The position numbers and the translations under genes were made by a program. Under the pieces are notes generated by a model. The model did no database searches, had not been told where the DNA came from, and worked only from the letters and a program-made list of their open reading frames with translations. A stretch of 63,725 nt of DNA, filler included, from Pseudomonadota bacterium (GTDB lineage: Bacteria > Desulfobacterota > Desulfobacteria > Desulfobacterales > JBDRRP01): the NCBI GenBank assembly GCA_043825735.1. It is 8 parts of 8 records of this genome, joined end to end, with 100 filler letters (N's around TTAATTAATTAA, not from the genome) between each part and the next. Parts side by side here need not be neighbours in the genome. Positions count along the whole stretch, not along the records: positions 53,566 to 58,456 come from JBDRRP010000065.1; positions 58,557 to 63,725 come from JBDRRP010000078.1; 6 more parts are not named here. One strand, written 5' to 3'. Of the stretch, positions 53,566 through 63,725 are shown in pieces (the first letter of the stretch is position 1; each line of letters begins with the position of its first letter).

Positions 53566-53940
53566 TTCCGCCGACATTGAAAACTACCGGGAAGAATCCA
53601 TTGAGGACGCCGTGGGAAACTGACGGAAGTCCTCAAGTGGCAACAAGGGGTAGGCAAAAGCTATGAGTGGATGTGCTCACTTGAAAGAAGCGGCAGTACG
53701 GTGCCGCAGCTGGAAAATGAGCCGGAACTATACGAGGACATGGTTTCGCACATCCGCGCATTCAACCGCCTCGATCGCAGCCGCCGCGCAGGCGGTTTTG
53801 CGGCCGGGGCGATCCCGGTCTCTGAAATAATTGCCTATCTCAACGAATGGGGTGTCGAGGGTGTGGACGCCCGGCTGGATGCCATCTTTTGGGTCCAGAA
53901 GATCGATGAAATCATGATGTCGCTTTGCAGCGAGGGATAA
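53566..53940 (+). CDS. Tail assembly chaperone G/GT (partial) with -1 frameshift
   Basis: Frame 0 ends DAVGN* at 53623; slippery GGGAAAC at 53614-53620; -1 frame open to 53940. Confidence 0.75.
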
Positions 53941-53941
53941 A

Positions 53942-56572
53942 ATGGCTGATCTGATCGCCAGAGTGAAAAACGAGGGCGTAAAAGAGACCACCGATGGGCT
54001 TGACAGGCTGGCGGCATCCGGGAAAAAGGCCGGTGATGCGCTCGACGTTGTTTCTGCCAAACAGCGCGGCGCTGCGTCGGCTTTCGATACGCATCGAAAA
54101 TCTGTTAATGCCTACGAAAAGGCGATTGGCAGGCTGAACGTCAAGTGGAAGGAAGCCAATCGTCAGTGGGACGATATGTGTAAGCGTTTCAACCCCGATC
54201 CGTTTGGCAATGTGTCGCAAGAAGAAACAGCGCTCAAAAACCGTTTGGACCGATACGAGGCGGCAATGAAACGCCTGAAAGCTGGCTCCAAAGCAGCTGC
54301 CAGAGAAATGTTTGCGCAGCCCGTAGGCAATGCTGCCACTCATGACGCAAGATTGATGCAGGACTTGGGATATGGTGGGGCGCTTCGGGAGACCAGAAAA
54401 GAAGCCCTTCGCGCTGGCATAGGGCTTGATAGTTTTGGCAAAAAAGTAACAAATCTCGGCAAAAATATTTCCAGCACCACCGAGAAATCGAACTTATTGC
54501 AGCGGACATGGGCGAATCTCAACAAGGGCAGCGGTGTGGATTCCCTTTTTGGGAAATTTTCCGTTGCAATGAGCGGTATCGCGGCCACCCTTTTTGTTTT
54601 CCAGCAGGTTGCGCAGTGGGTTACTGCGGCGATTGGAAAATTCACCGCGATGGAAGAATCCATGGTTCGGCTGAATCAGGTTTCTACGCGCACCTCCAGA
54701 GAGAATCAGCTTTGGATCGAAAGCATAAACAACGCCGTCAACTCCGGTTTGATGGCCTATGATGCGGCGGAAAAAAAGCTAAAGGATTACACCGATGCCG
54801 GCTATTCCGCTGTAACCGCCCAGCGGCTTTTGAACTCCGACATCGCAAAGATGCAAAAGGATCTCACCGGGACCATGAGCGGCATGCTCTCGACGCTTAG
54901 TGGCAAGTTTGACACTTTTGTCAAAAACACCGTCAGGAGCATGAAAACCACTTTCGCCGGGCTATTCACCTGGCTCGGCGACAAACTTGACGCCATAAAC
55001 AATTCGCCGACATGGCAGGACGTTTCTAAAGAAAAACTCAAGAGCATCAACGAAGAACTGGCGGCAACAAGGGAACTCCTGTTCGAGTATCAAAGCAATC
55101 AGACACATCGTTTAGACCCCAAGACCGGTGCCGTCACATCGTCCGGTGATGAATTCAGGATTTCCAAGGTGATGGAACGGGCGGCCATGCTTGAAAAGCA
55201 AAAGGCGATCTTAGAAACGACCCTGCGCGGCGCTACAATCGCGGGTGAGGCCGGCAGCGGTACTGTTGGCCATACTGGCACAACCGGCGGCTTCACGATG
55301 ACGGACCATGAGCGCTTTCTTGAGGCAGACCGCCTCAGTATGCGCGCATTTCAAGACGGCGCAACCAGTGTGTACGGCCAGGTTCAAACCGCTGGCCGCA
55401 ACGCCCGGTATATTCGCATGGACGAGTTTGATGCGGAGCGCGCAAAAGCCCGGCGGGCATATGAGAAGGAACGGCTGAAAGCTCGGGAATACGGATTCGG
55501 CACGGAGAGTATCGACAAAAATTATCGGCACGAACAGGGGCAAATCCGTTTAAGAGAAACCGATTACCAGTTGAGCCTCCAGGGCAAAAGCATTAAAGAC
55601 AACCCGGAAGTCGTCCGGCGACTGGCGCTCAAAGAGGCCAACAGCGCCGCGCTGGGCTTTGCTGCCTATGACGAGCCGCAATCAAAACTTGAAGCCGAAA
55701 AAGAGTATTATTCCGTCACCGGCAAAATGCGTGACAACCACTATCAAAAACAGGTTTGGGCGATCAAAAACGAGTCCGATGAGTTCTACCGGCTTACTGA
55801 GGACAAGATCGCCGCCGAAGAACTGTATCACAAACGCGTTGAGGAACTTGACATTTCCCGGTCTGAAGGCGCGAAGGAATGGCAGGGCGGCGCCCGCCGG
55901 GCTTTGAAAAATTATGTCGAAACCGCCTCAGACAGCGCGGCGCAAAGCAAGCGGGTATTTACGGATGCCTTTGGCGGCATGGAGGATGCGCTCGTCGAGT
56001 TCACCAGAACTGGACAGCTTTCCTTTGAGAACATGGCCAACAATATCATCAACGACCTGATCAGGATCCAGATTCAAAAAAGCATGCTCCTTATGTCCGA
56101 TGGCTCCGATGGCGGTTTTGGCGGGATTCTCGGAAAGCTGATCGGCGGCGCTATCGGCGGCACCGCTGGCGCAGGTGACGGATGGGGTACGGCGGCTGGC
56201 GCAAACTCCACCTACGGGCCCAGCGTGCTTCACGGCGGCGGCGTGGTAGGCTCCACGTTCGGCCCCTACAGGCATGTGGACTCGGGGCTTTTCGATCATG
56301 CGCAAAGATTCCACCAGGGCCTTGCTGGAGACGAGTTTCCGGCGATTTTGCAACGCGGCGAATCCGTGCTGACGCCGAAACAAATGGCGGCGGCCAGCTC
56401 CCCGCAGATCCAAGTTGTTTTGGTGAATAAATCCGGCGCTGAAATGAAAAAGCCCAAGGCCGAAATGAGCCAGGGCAACATGGGCCAGTTGATCTGCACC
56501 GTGGTCCTTGAAGCAGCATCTAACAATACCGGCGGATTTAAAGACGGGCTGAGCGCTATTCTTTCGTCTTAA
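53942..56572 (+). CDS. Tail tape measure protein
   Basis: Long helical protein; lambda-type C-terminus AFGGMEDALVEF..TG.LSF, HGGG, AILQRGE.VL. Confidence 0.9.
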   Translation: MADLIARVKNEGVKETTDGLDRLAASGKKAGDALDVVSAKQRGAASAFDTHRKSVNAYEKAIGRLNVKWKEANRQWDDMCKRFNPDPFGNVSQEETALKNRLDRYEAAMKRLKAGSKAAAREMFAQPVGNAATHDARLMQDLGYGGALRETRKEALRAGIGLDSFGKKVTNLGKNISSTTEKSNLLQRTWANLNKGSGVDSLFGKFSVAMSGIAATLFVFQQVAQWVTAAIGKFTAMEESMVRLNQVSTRTSRENQLWIESINNAVNSGLMAYDAAEKKLKDYTDAGYSAVTAQRLLNSDIAKMQKDLTGTMSGMLSTLSGKFDTFVKNTVRSMKTTFAGLFTWLGDKLDAINNSPTWQDVSKEKLKSINEELAATRELLFEYQSNQTHRLDPKTGAVTSSGDEFRISKVMERAAMLEKQKAILETTLRGATIAGEAGSGTVGHTGTTGGFTMTDHERFLEADRLSMRAFQDGATSVYGQVQTAGRNARYIRMDEFDAERAKARRAYEKERLKAREYGFGTESIDKNYRHEQGQIRLRETDYQLSLQGKSIKDNPEVVRRLALKEANSAALGFAAYDEPQSKLEAEKEYYSVTGKMRDNHYQKQVWAIKNESDEFYRLTEDKIAAEELYHKRVEELDISRSEGAKEWQGGARRALKNYVETASDSAAQSKRVFTDAFGGMEDALVEFTRTGQLSFENMANNIINDLIRIQIQKSMLLMSDGSDGGFGGILGKLIGGAIGGTAGAGDGWGTAAGANSTYGPSVLHGGGVVGSTFGPYRHVDSGLFDHAQRFHQGLAGDEFPAILQRGESVLTPKQMAAASSPQIQVVLVNKSGAEMKKPKAEMSQGNMGQLICTVVLEAASNNTGGFKDGLSAILSS

Positions 56573-56595
56573 AATCTTACATAAAGTGAGACTTA

Positions 56596-56928
56596 ATGGA
56601 TAATTTCCCCTCAATTGCAACGCCTTCAGACATCAAAGAGCAGGCCTATAAGGCCCAGCTCCGAACCGAGTTTGAGTCCGGCACGACACAGACCCGGGCA
56701 AAGACCACTCGCGGCCGGGAAAAGTATCAAGTCGAATGGGAGCGGCTCTCCGAGGCGGATTACCAGACGCTAAAGGCGTTTTTCTACTCACACATCGGAC
56801 TTTCGTTTATCTGGACCCATCCGATTGAGCTGGTCACCCATACCGTGATTTTTTCTGAGGACACCTTGGAGTCATTGTACGCCGGGCCGGGGTATCGATC
56901 TCTGAGCTTGCCCCTGGAGGAAGATTAA
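56596..56928 (+). CDS. Distal/minor tail protein (gpM-like)
   Basis: Follows tape measure; RTEFESG..QTR, F.WTHP. Confidence 0.75.
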   Translation: MDNFPSIATPSDIKEQAYKAQLRTEFESGTTQTRAKTTRGREKYQVEWERLSEADYQTLKAFFYSHIGLSFIWTHPIELVTHTVIFSEDTLESLYAGPGYRSLSLPLEED

Positions 56929-56930
56929 CA

Positions 56931-57554
56931 ATGGCGCTTTCTTTATCTGCCGCGGCGATCTTTGAAAAGAACAGGCTGCGCTCCGATGGTGCGTGGCTAC
57001 TGCTTCTGACTATCGTTTTGCCGGATACCACCACTATCCGCGTCTGCCGCAACACCGATGACGTTATCTGGCCCGCCGCCGGCGGCGACACTTACGTTGC
57101 CTTTCCGTTCACAATCGATGAGATCGGCGATTCGAGCAAAAACGAGGTGCCGAGCTTCACGGTCAAAGTCTCCAATGTCACCAAGGCCCTGCAGCCCTAT
57201 CTGCAGGCCGCAAACGGCGGTACCGGGGCAACGGTTACGCTGCGAGTAGTCCATTCGGCGCACCTTGATCTGACAAGCGCAGAGGTGGAGCTGACCTTTG
57301 AGGTCACCAAAGCCGCCAGTGACGAGCAATGGGTCACGTTCACACTCGGAACGCAAAACATTTACACGCGAAAATTCCCCCGCTCCCGGGTTGAGGGGAA
57401 CTTTTGTCGATACAGGGCGTTTAAGGGGGCTCGCTGTGGATATTCAGGATCAGAAACCGAATGTAACCGAACGCTCACCCGCTGCCGTGAACTTGGCAAT
57501 TCAACACGCTTTGGTAACGCCCCGGGCGTTGGCGGACGCGGCATTGTCATTTGA
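56931..57554 (+). CDS. Tail tip protein (gpL-like)
   Basis: Y.AFPF, four-Cys C-terminus C...CGY.G...C.....C. Confidence 0.8.
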   Translation: MALSLSAAAIFEKNRLRSDGAWLLLLTIVLPDTTTIRVCRNTDDVIWPAAGGDTYVAFPFTIDEIGDSSKNEVPSFTVKVSNVTKALQPYLQAANGGTGATVTLRVVHSAHLDLTSAEVELTFEVTKAASDEQWVTFTLGTQNIYTRKFPRSRVEGNFCRYRAFKGARCGYSGSETECNRTLTRCRELGNSTRFGNAPGVGGRGIVI

Positions 57555-57933
57555 TGATCTGATCGGGATTTCGTTCAAGGATCGAGGCCGCTCGATCAAG
57601 GGCACTGATTGCTGGGGCCAGGTGATGCTGGTTTTTGCGCGCTTCGGGATCAAGGTCAGCGATTTTCAGGTGAGTTGCTACGAGAGCAAGCAAATCGATG
57701 CAGTGGTGACTGATCAAAAAAGGCTCTGGAAAAAGACCTATAGCCCGCTGCCGCCGGCGCTGATTGTGATGAGGCTCGATCCTGATCTTCCCGGGTATTG
57801 CAATCACCTTGGCGTCTTTATCGGCGAGGGTTTCTTTATCCACACCATGAAGAAAATGAACTCATGTGCGGTTCGGCTCGATCACCCTTTTTTCGGTCGC
57901 AAGATTGAGGGGTTTTATAGATATGCTGGATAA
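57544..57933 (+). CDS. NlpC/P60 tail protein (gpK-like)
   Basis: GR...G.DCWG, HLGV.IG.G.FIH; TTG start inferred. Confidence 0.8.
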   Translation: MSFDDLIGISFKDRGRSIKGTDCWGQVMLVFARFGIKVSDFQVSCYESKQIDAVVTDQKRLWKKTYSPLPPALIVMRLDPDLPGYCNHLGVFIGEGFFIHTMKKMNSCAVRLDHPFFGRKIEGFYRYAG

Positions 57934-58456
57934 TTCGGGCATGAACATTCTCATGACGGAGATTTTAAACCCGTTTGAGCCTGAAAATCGGCGCACGCGC
58001 TATGAAGAATTTTGCCCAGGTAAGACCGTGGCCCGGTACATCCGCGACATGGTGCCACTGATCTCCAACGATTATGACATCATTGTCGGTGTCAACGGAA
58101 AGATTGTGGAGCCGGAAGAACGGGCGGTCATGCTTGTTCCTGCCGGGGCAAATATCACATTTGTTGTGGTTCCGGCCGGTAGCGGGGGGAAAAAGGGCGG
58201 GCAAAAGAATCCGGTCGCAATGATTGCGATGATCGTCGTCATTGCCGTCGCAACATATCTTACGGCCGGAGCAGCGGCCCCATACGGCGCAGCGGCGCTC
58301 GGAGGCGGTACGGCCACGTTTGCTTCCACGATGGCGAGCATGGCCATCTACATGGGCGTTGTTGTCGGCGGCTCCCTGCTCGTAAACGCGCTTTTCCCGA
58401 TGGCTACGCCGGACGCCCTGGCAATGCAGGACCCGGGGGCGTATTCGCCGACCTAC
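57923..58456 (+). CDS. Tail tip/host-specificity protein N-terminus (gpI/J-like, partial)
   Basis: NPFEP, VNG, P.GGG followed by a hydrophobic Gly/Ala segment. Confidence 0.7.
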
Positions 58457-58556
58457 NNNNNNNNNNNNNNNNNNNNNNNNNNNNNNNNNNNNNNNNNNNN
58501 TTAATTAATTAANNNNNNNNNNNNNNNNNNNNNNNNNNNNNNNNNNNNNNNNNNNN

Positions 58557-58695
58557 GGCGATCACAAGGTGGCCTCATTACGGCGATCACAGGGTGGCTC
58601 GATTGCGCCGATCACAGGGTGGCCTCATTGCGGCGATCACAGGGTGGCTCGTTTACGGCGATCACGGAATGGCACTATAGCGGCGATCACTAACA
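58557..58695. mobile_element. IS21-like terminus with 5 x 25-bp repeats
   Basis: (GGCGATCAC..GGTGGC.......)5 ending CGATCACTAACA. Confidence 0.7.
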
Positions 58696-59512
58696 GCCCG
58701 AGCTGGCCCCAATCGATCCCACCGAAATAGGCATTGTTTCACCATATAGGGAACAGGCTACCCGGATGCAGGCCTCTGTCGGCTCCATGGAGATTGAAAT
58801 CGACACTGTGCACAAGTATCAGGGCAGAGAAAAACGTGTCATGGTCATAACTACGGTATCAAACGAAGCCAACGAATTCGTTGATAACCCGAATTTACTG
58901 AACGTCGCGGTATCGCGCGCGCAGGAGAAACTGCGGTTGGTCGTCTCGAAAGAAATGGCCGAGAGTAATGGCAACGTTGCGGATCTTGTCCGTTATATCA
59001 GATACTGTAATTGTGATGTCACGCATAGTAAGATCCGTTCCATTTTCGACCTCCTTTATGGTGAATACTCAGCAGCTCGCTTGGGTGTATTGAAAAAGCG
59101 AAAACGAATTTCGGAATACGACTCCGAAAACCTCCTCTACGGCGAAATCATGGAGGTTCTTCAAGAAAATACATATCGGGGCTACGGTGTCGTTTTCCAG
59201 TTCCCTGTGTCAACGTTAGTTAAGGATAAAGCGCTCTTGACCACCGAGGAATCTGCCTATGCTACCCATCCTTGGACTAGAACAGATTTTCTAGTTTATC
59301 GTAAAGTCGATAAAAGCCCTGTTCTGGCCATTGAAGTCGATGGGTATGCATTCCATCGTGAAGGAACGCGTCAAGCTGAACGTGATGCTCTGAAGGATTC
59401 TGTGCTGAAGAAATGCGGGCTGCCGATCCTACGCCTGTCGACGATTGAGAGCAGCGAGCGGAGCCGGATTAGGAAAAAGTTGGGGGATGTTGTAGGGGTG
59501 GCTATGAACTGA
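58696..59512 (+). pseudogene. SF1 helicase C-terminus plus DUF2726, cut at 5' end by the IS
   Basis: IGIVSPY..Q, TVHKYQGRE, LNVAVSRA, AIEVDG..FH, RD..KD. Confidence 0.8.
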
Positions 59513-59932
59513 AATGGGTCGCCCTCGCTAACCAACAGGCATTCCAACAATAATCCCGAAAACACCCCCTCGGACGGGGACGGGGGCGGGACGAGGGTCA
59601 CCCAAGCTATCCGGCTGTTACTCCTACAACAATCTTGAAAACACCCCCCCAAAAAATTGACTCAAAATGAACTTTCCGTGGGCAAAATTGGCGGTTTAAG
59701 GTTCTCAGGGGACGTTGGTTCTCAGGGGACGTTGTTGACAAATGTATACTTATTTTATTGTCTCCAATTTCTTCGGGGGTCGGTCGGGGGTCGGGCCAAG
59801 CTACCCGGCTGTCATTCCTGCAATAATCTCGAAAATACCCCCTCCAGATTGCCTTAAAACGCACGTTTCGGGGGTAAAATGGGCCGTTTAAGGCGAGTCA
59901 CCCATTGGGCGCAGGGCATGCGGAAAACACTT

Positions 59933-59961
59933 CATAGGTTTGAACCCTGCCCCCGCTACCA
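59933..59961 (+). other. Degenerate tRNA-fMet-like 3' end (attR scar)
   Basis: AGGTTTGAACCCTGCCCCCGCTACCA with no 5' half upstream. Confidence 0.65.
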
Positions 59962-59969
59962 AAAAATTC

Positions 59970-60003
59970 AAGCCCTTACGGTTTATTGCCGTAAGGGCTT
60001 TTC
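59970..60003 (+). terminator. Intrinsic terminator
   Basis: aagcccttacgg-tttattg-ccgtaagggctttt. Confidence 0.8.
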
Positions 60004-60843
60004 AGTTGTTCCAATCGAAATCGCTGTTTACCGGTACTTCCCGGGTCTATTACAGAGGGGCAAGACTTATATCCCCCTGTATTTTTTTGACATATGAACG
60101 GTTCTGCTATATTATCGCCTTGGCCTGAAAACGCTTTTCCGATTTCGGACGGCGCTTGTACAGGGCCGGGTAATTTTACGGCTCGCGTTCCTCGCGTGAA
60201 AAACTCAAGGATCGGATCCTTGGCCAGCGAAGCGTCGAGCATCTGCAGTGGTTGAGATCCATGCCAGTAGCATCTACCAACGGCCGTTGTCGGTCTATAC
60301 TGATTTTCCCCCTACTCTTCTGCCTTTCCCTGTCATTTATTTCTGATCCATGGCCGTATGCCGACTGCAGCCCGAAAACCGGCGTTGAAGATTTACTCTT
60401 TATCCCCTCGGCCGCTAACGGTTCGACACCAATCCTTGCCAAAACAACGCGAAACCGGTTTACCGGTCTCGATGCCCCGAACAAGACGGCGATCATACCC
60501 GCGCAGATCTCGGCCTTTGTATCGGGAAAATCTTCAATCTTCTCTTTTGACCACGGTATCGTGAGCCCCATCCGCACAGACCGCTGGGTCATCACCGCCA
60601 GAGCCCCTCCTTGCCGCAAGGGCTTCCTGTCGAAATAAAGCCGTAAGAAGCCCGATACCAAACGCTCACCCGTAATCGATTTGCGCGTCAGTGCCTGTTC
60701 GTGCCGCAATCGATACCGCAGCAACCGGTTTTGCTGCTTTTTACAAAATGATCATCAGGCGCCATACGCGTGAACCGCCGTCGGCCTTGCGGCCGTCCCG
60801 GCAGATCACGGGATCGACGCCTTCTTTCAGTATAGGAGGTTTT

Positions 60844-61026
60844 ATGCGGAAAAAATATTCAAAGGCCTCAGTTCCATCGATTGAAAGCAGGCCCTCTGCG
60901 GATCCAGAAATCGACTACTCACCAAAAACATACTCCCCTCGGGAGATGATTGTTTCCGTGGTAAAAATCTCTACAGTCGGCGGTATCATCGCACTAGCGC
61001 TGCTGCTGATGGGCTATCTATCATAG
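60844..61026 (+). CDS. Small membrane protein
   Basis: AGGAGG RBS, C-terminal TM helix. Confidence 0.55.
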   Translation: MRKKYSKASVPSIESRPSADPEIDYSPKTYSPREMIVSVVKISTVGGIIALALLLMGYLS

Positions 61027-61975
61027 CAGATAAAGCGCTTTTGATTTTTGTCAGGGGTGTTGGGGGCGCCCTTCAACGGGCGCCTCCAACTTGCGCCAGG
61101 CCGCTCCCGGCCCGCCCTTTTTCACAATCATAATGGAGAAGAATACCGCACGTGAAGGCGCATTGACCTCACGCAAAACCCGTGTTACGCGTATTTTACG
61201 GGGGAGTTGGGGACGCCCCTAGAATTTCAAGTTCCTGAATAGCATCTCGCTGTGGCTGCATGCGCTCACTGATAGTCGTCAGACAGCCAGCAGCGTCTCT
61301 GTGCCGGGCAAGGCGTTTGCTTCAACGATAGGTTATAGCCTTTTCAGGAAGTCAACTGTGCCTATTGACTTTATAAAATTCGCACCTAAGTTTAGTTATA
61401 TAATTGTCACCCAACTTCACAAATCATTGATAAACCGTGCGATGGCTTATGGCCTCCAAAGGTAATTTTTTAAAAACGAAGATTTGCGGTGGCATTTATT
61501 AAGCTTCTTGGGTGTGCGTGCATCTTCTCTTTGAACAACGGCACCTTTGGAAGCAGTCTTCGGCAGGGTCAGAAATGGCTCTGCCTTTTTATTAGATGCC
61601 CACCTGTTTTTCTTTTGGTGTAGAGTTTGGATTTTGATTTGTGATTTGGGGTCGTGATTTGGGCTCGGACAAAGCTACCCACCCAGCATTGCCTTAGGGA
61701 TAGAGGATAGGCGCGTAAATTTGGCGTAAATTTGGGGTCGGGCCACGCTACAACTTTGCCAATAGGGGATCTACACCAAATACTACCCTGTTATAGTCGC
61801 TTAAACGGCCACTTTTGGGTGTCAAATTGACGCTTTAAGAAAAATGTGTGAATCGGCATGCAGTAATCCTCACCTCTAACCCGAAACGGTGCTAAAAATA
61901 GACCAAGGGCTTTTGGCCCCCATAATTTCAATTTTCTATGCCTGTATTTTTTGATTTGCTGAGTGATAGGATCGT

Positions 61976-63725
61976 ATGGCAACCATGATCCCGGACAAAG
62001 TCATAGAGTTCACCACCGAAGGCGAAGGTAGATTTTACACCTTCATGCAAACGGTGGCACGCCCTGACGAGGATCACATCTGCTGGTATAACCCGGACGT
62101 CCAGGACCGGGAGCCGGATTTCATATTGTATTCCAAGGATCTCGGGCTGATCGTTTTCGAGGTCAAGGACTGGGCGCTCGATCAGGTGCTGGAAGCGGAC
62201 CCGATCAGTTTCAGGCTATCCATAGGCGAGATGACTGAATCCCGGGAGAGCCCACTGCGGCAGGCAAAGGCCTATGTAAACGCGCTTATAGATATGATCC
62301 GCAAGGACGGTAGGCTGCTAAATACGGCCCCGCAGTACCGCGGCAAGGTGAAGGTGCCCATCAACTGCGGCGTTGTTTTCCCCAACATCAACAAACTCGA
62401 ATATACTGAAAAACATCTGGACCAGGTCATTCCCACCGATCGCATCTTTTTCTGGGATGATTTGCACCCGGCATCGGACATCTGCTCGGACCCCAGCGGC
62501 AAGTGTTTCTGTGACAGCCTCGCCAGCCGCTTCCCGCCACCGTTCCCGTGCAACCTCAGCCCCGGAGAAGCGTCCCACCTCAGGCACCTCATTTTTCCCT
62601 TGATCCGGGTCGCGCTGCCTGAAAGGCAAGGTGGCGGCATCACCTATGACCGGCGCTCCGAGCGTTTGCACTGCCTGGATCACCACCAGGAAGTGATTGC
62701 CCGCAAATACGAAGGCGGGCACCGGATCCTAACGGGGCCGCCCGGCTCCGGAAAAACCCTCGTACTTGTTTACAAGGCGGGCTTTCTCAAGCGATACAAC
62801 CCACAGATCACATCCATTCTGATCGTCTGCTACAACATCGCCCTGCCCGGCTACATCCGAGCCCTTTTGATGAAGCAGGGCATCCCCATGGGGCCGGCAG
62901 GTGTTCAGGTGAAGCACTTTTATGAACTCTGCGCTGATATCCTGGGCGAGCCGGTCGAATACGACAGCAAGGAGCCCGGCTATTATGATCTCATCCGGGA
63001 GGAAACTTTATCCAAGGTAAAGGACTCCGAAATCAGCTATGATGCGATCCTGGTAGACGAGGGGCAGGATTTCTCAGTGGACATGCTCCGCATCATCACC
63101 TCCGTACTGAATCCAAAAACCAACAACCTGACGATTGCTCTGGACAACCGCCAGCGGATCTATGATGCCGACTTCACCTGGAAGGACGCCGGCATCAACG
63201 CCAAGGGGCGGATCCACAACATCGGCACCTCATACCGAAACACCCACGAGATCATCACCTTCGCCGACCAATTCGCCGGCAACGCCGGGGAAGGCGGAAC
63301 CGCCGCCGAGAAAAAACAACTCCCACTATTCCCATCATTTTCTGGTTTTCACGGCCCAAATCCCGAGATCACCCAACATGAGAATTTCAATCTTCTGATC
63401 GACTCCATTGCGGGGACTATCCAGGCCCTCCACAAAACAGAAGGCGAACCCTACTCTGAAATGGCCGTTCTCTACGCCATGCAAAACCCAGGGCACCTTC
63501 TCGATGCCCCCATCCCTGCCCTGATGAAAACCGCACTTGAAGCCCGCGGCATCCTGTCCACCTGGCTCTCTGAGGACTATCGCGCCAAACACAGCTACGA
63601 CGTCACCAGTGACCGCGTGACGATATCCACCATCCACAGCGCCAAGGGCCTGGACTGGGCAAATGTGTTCATCGTCGGCATCGATTATATAGAGCCCAAG
63701 GAGTGGTCTGAAAACCAAATCCGCA
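61976..63725 (+). CDS. NERD nuclease-UvrD-like helicase (3' partial; absent from the ORF track)
   Basis: Hand translation: EPDFIL...FEVKDW, GPPGSGKT, VDEGQD, TIHSAKGL. Confidence 0.85.
   Translation, partial: MATMIPDKVIEFTTEGEGRFYTFMQTVARPDEDHICWYNPDVQDREPDFILYSKDLGLIVFEVKDWALDQVLEADPISFRLSIGEMTESRESPLRQAKAYVNALIDMIRKDGRLLNTAPQYRGKVKVPINCGVVFPNINKLEYTEKHLDQVIPTDRIFFWDDLHPASDICSDPSGKCFCDSLASRFPPPFPCNLSPGEASHLRHLIFPLIRVALPERQGGGITYDRRSERLHCLDHHQEVIARKYEGGHRILTGPPGSGKTLVLVYKAGFLKRYNPQITSILIVCYNIALPGYIRALLMKQGIPMGPAGVQVKHFYELCADILGEPVEYDSKEPGYYDLIREETLSKVKDSEISYDAILVDEGQDFSVDMLRIITSVLNPKTNNLTIALDNRQRIYDADFTWKDAGINAKGRIHNIGTSYRNTHEIITFADQFAGNAGEGGTAAEKKQLPLFPSFSGFHGPNPEITQHENFNLLIDSIAGTIQALHKTEGEPYSEMAVLYAMQNPGHLLDAPIPALMKTALEARGILSTWLSEDYRAKHSYDVTSDRVTISTIHSAKGLDWANVFIVGIDYIEPKEWSENQIR

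Noticed and set aside
58557..58695. CRISPR array
   Set aside because: 25-bp period without unique spacers, no cas genes, IS-like CA terminus
60176..60724. 182-aa minus-strand ORF
   Set aside because: No recognisable motif or clear RBS; may be a decayed gene
61420..61590. Possible riboswitch
   Set aside because: No match to cyclic-dinucleotide or other aptamer consensus that I can recognise by eye

Overview
The window is eight draft-assembly contigs joined by artificial 100-nt N/TTAATTAATTAA linkers, so adjacency across a linker is not biological evidence. Gene content suggests a Desulfobacterota (Desulfobacterales-like) genome; this is an inference. Contig 1 (1-24240) is housekeeping (rpoH, mutS, amidase, GAF-PilB/GspE ATPase, queH, yggS, maf). 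It is bounded by tRNA-Arg(TCT) on the left and by a 5'-half tRNA-Leu(TAA) plus a tyrosine integrase fragment on the right. Contig 2 has gatB, toxin-antitoxin genes, queA and tgt. Contig 3 has an IS3 end, HU, a 32-aa KKPAA microprotein, a GMC oxidase, cti and a complete group II intron. Contig 4 has tetR, amtB and ssb. Contigs 5-7 are prophage-like pieces: att at tRNA-Arg, lysis genes, radical SAM, Nmad5-like and siphovirus tail genes. Contig 8 has an IS21-like end, a helicase-DUF2726 remnant, a tRNA-Met att scar and a NERD-UvrD gene. The most unusual signals are mostly non-coding: (i) one arm-type motif shared by two different tRNA att sites, one of which leaves tRNA-Leu(TAA) split; (ii) strand-polarised intergenic modules of 9-bp GATC arrays and GNA-triloop hairpins; (iii) a MITE-like family with an IHF-like site in the hairpin loop; (iv) a group II intron whose EBS1 matches a dispersed palindromic repeat; (v) a free-standing histone-H1-like tail peptide encoded opposite HU. 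No CRISPR array was found.
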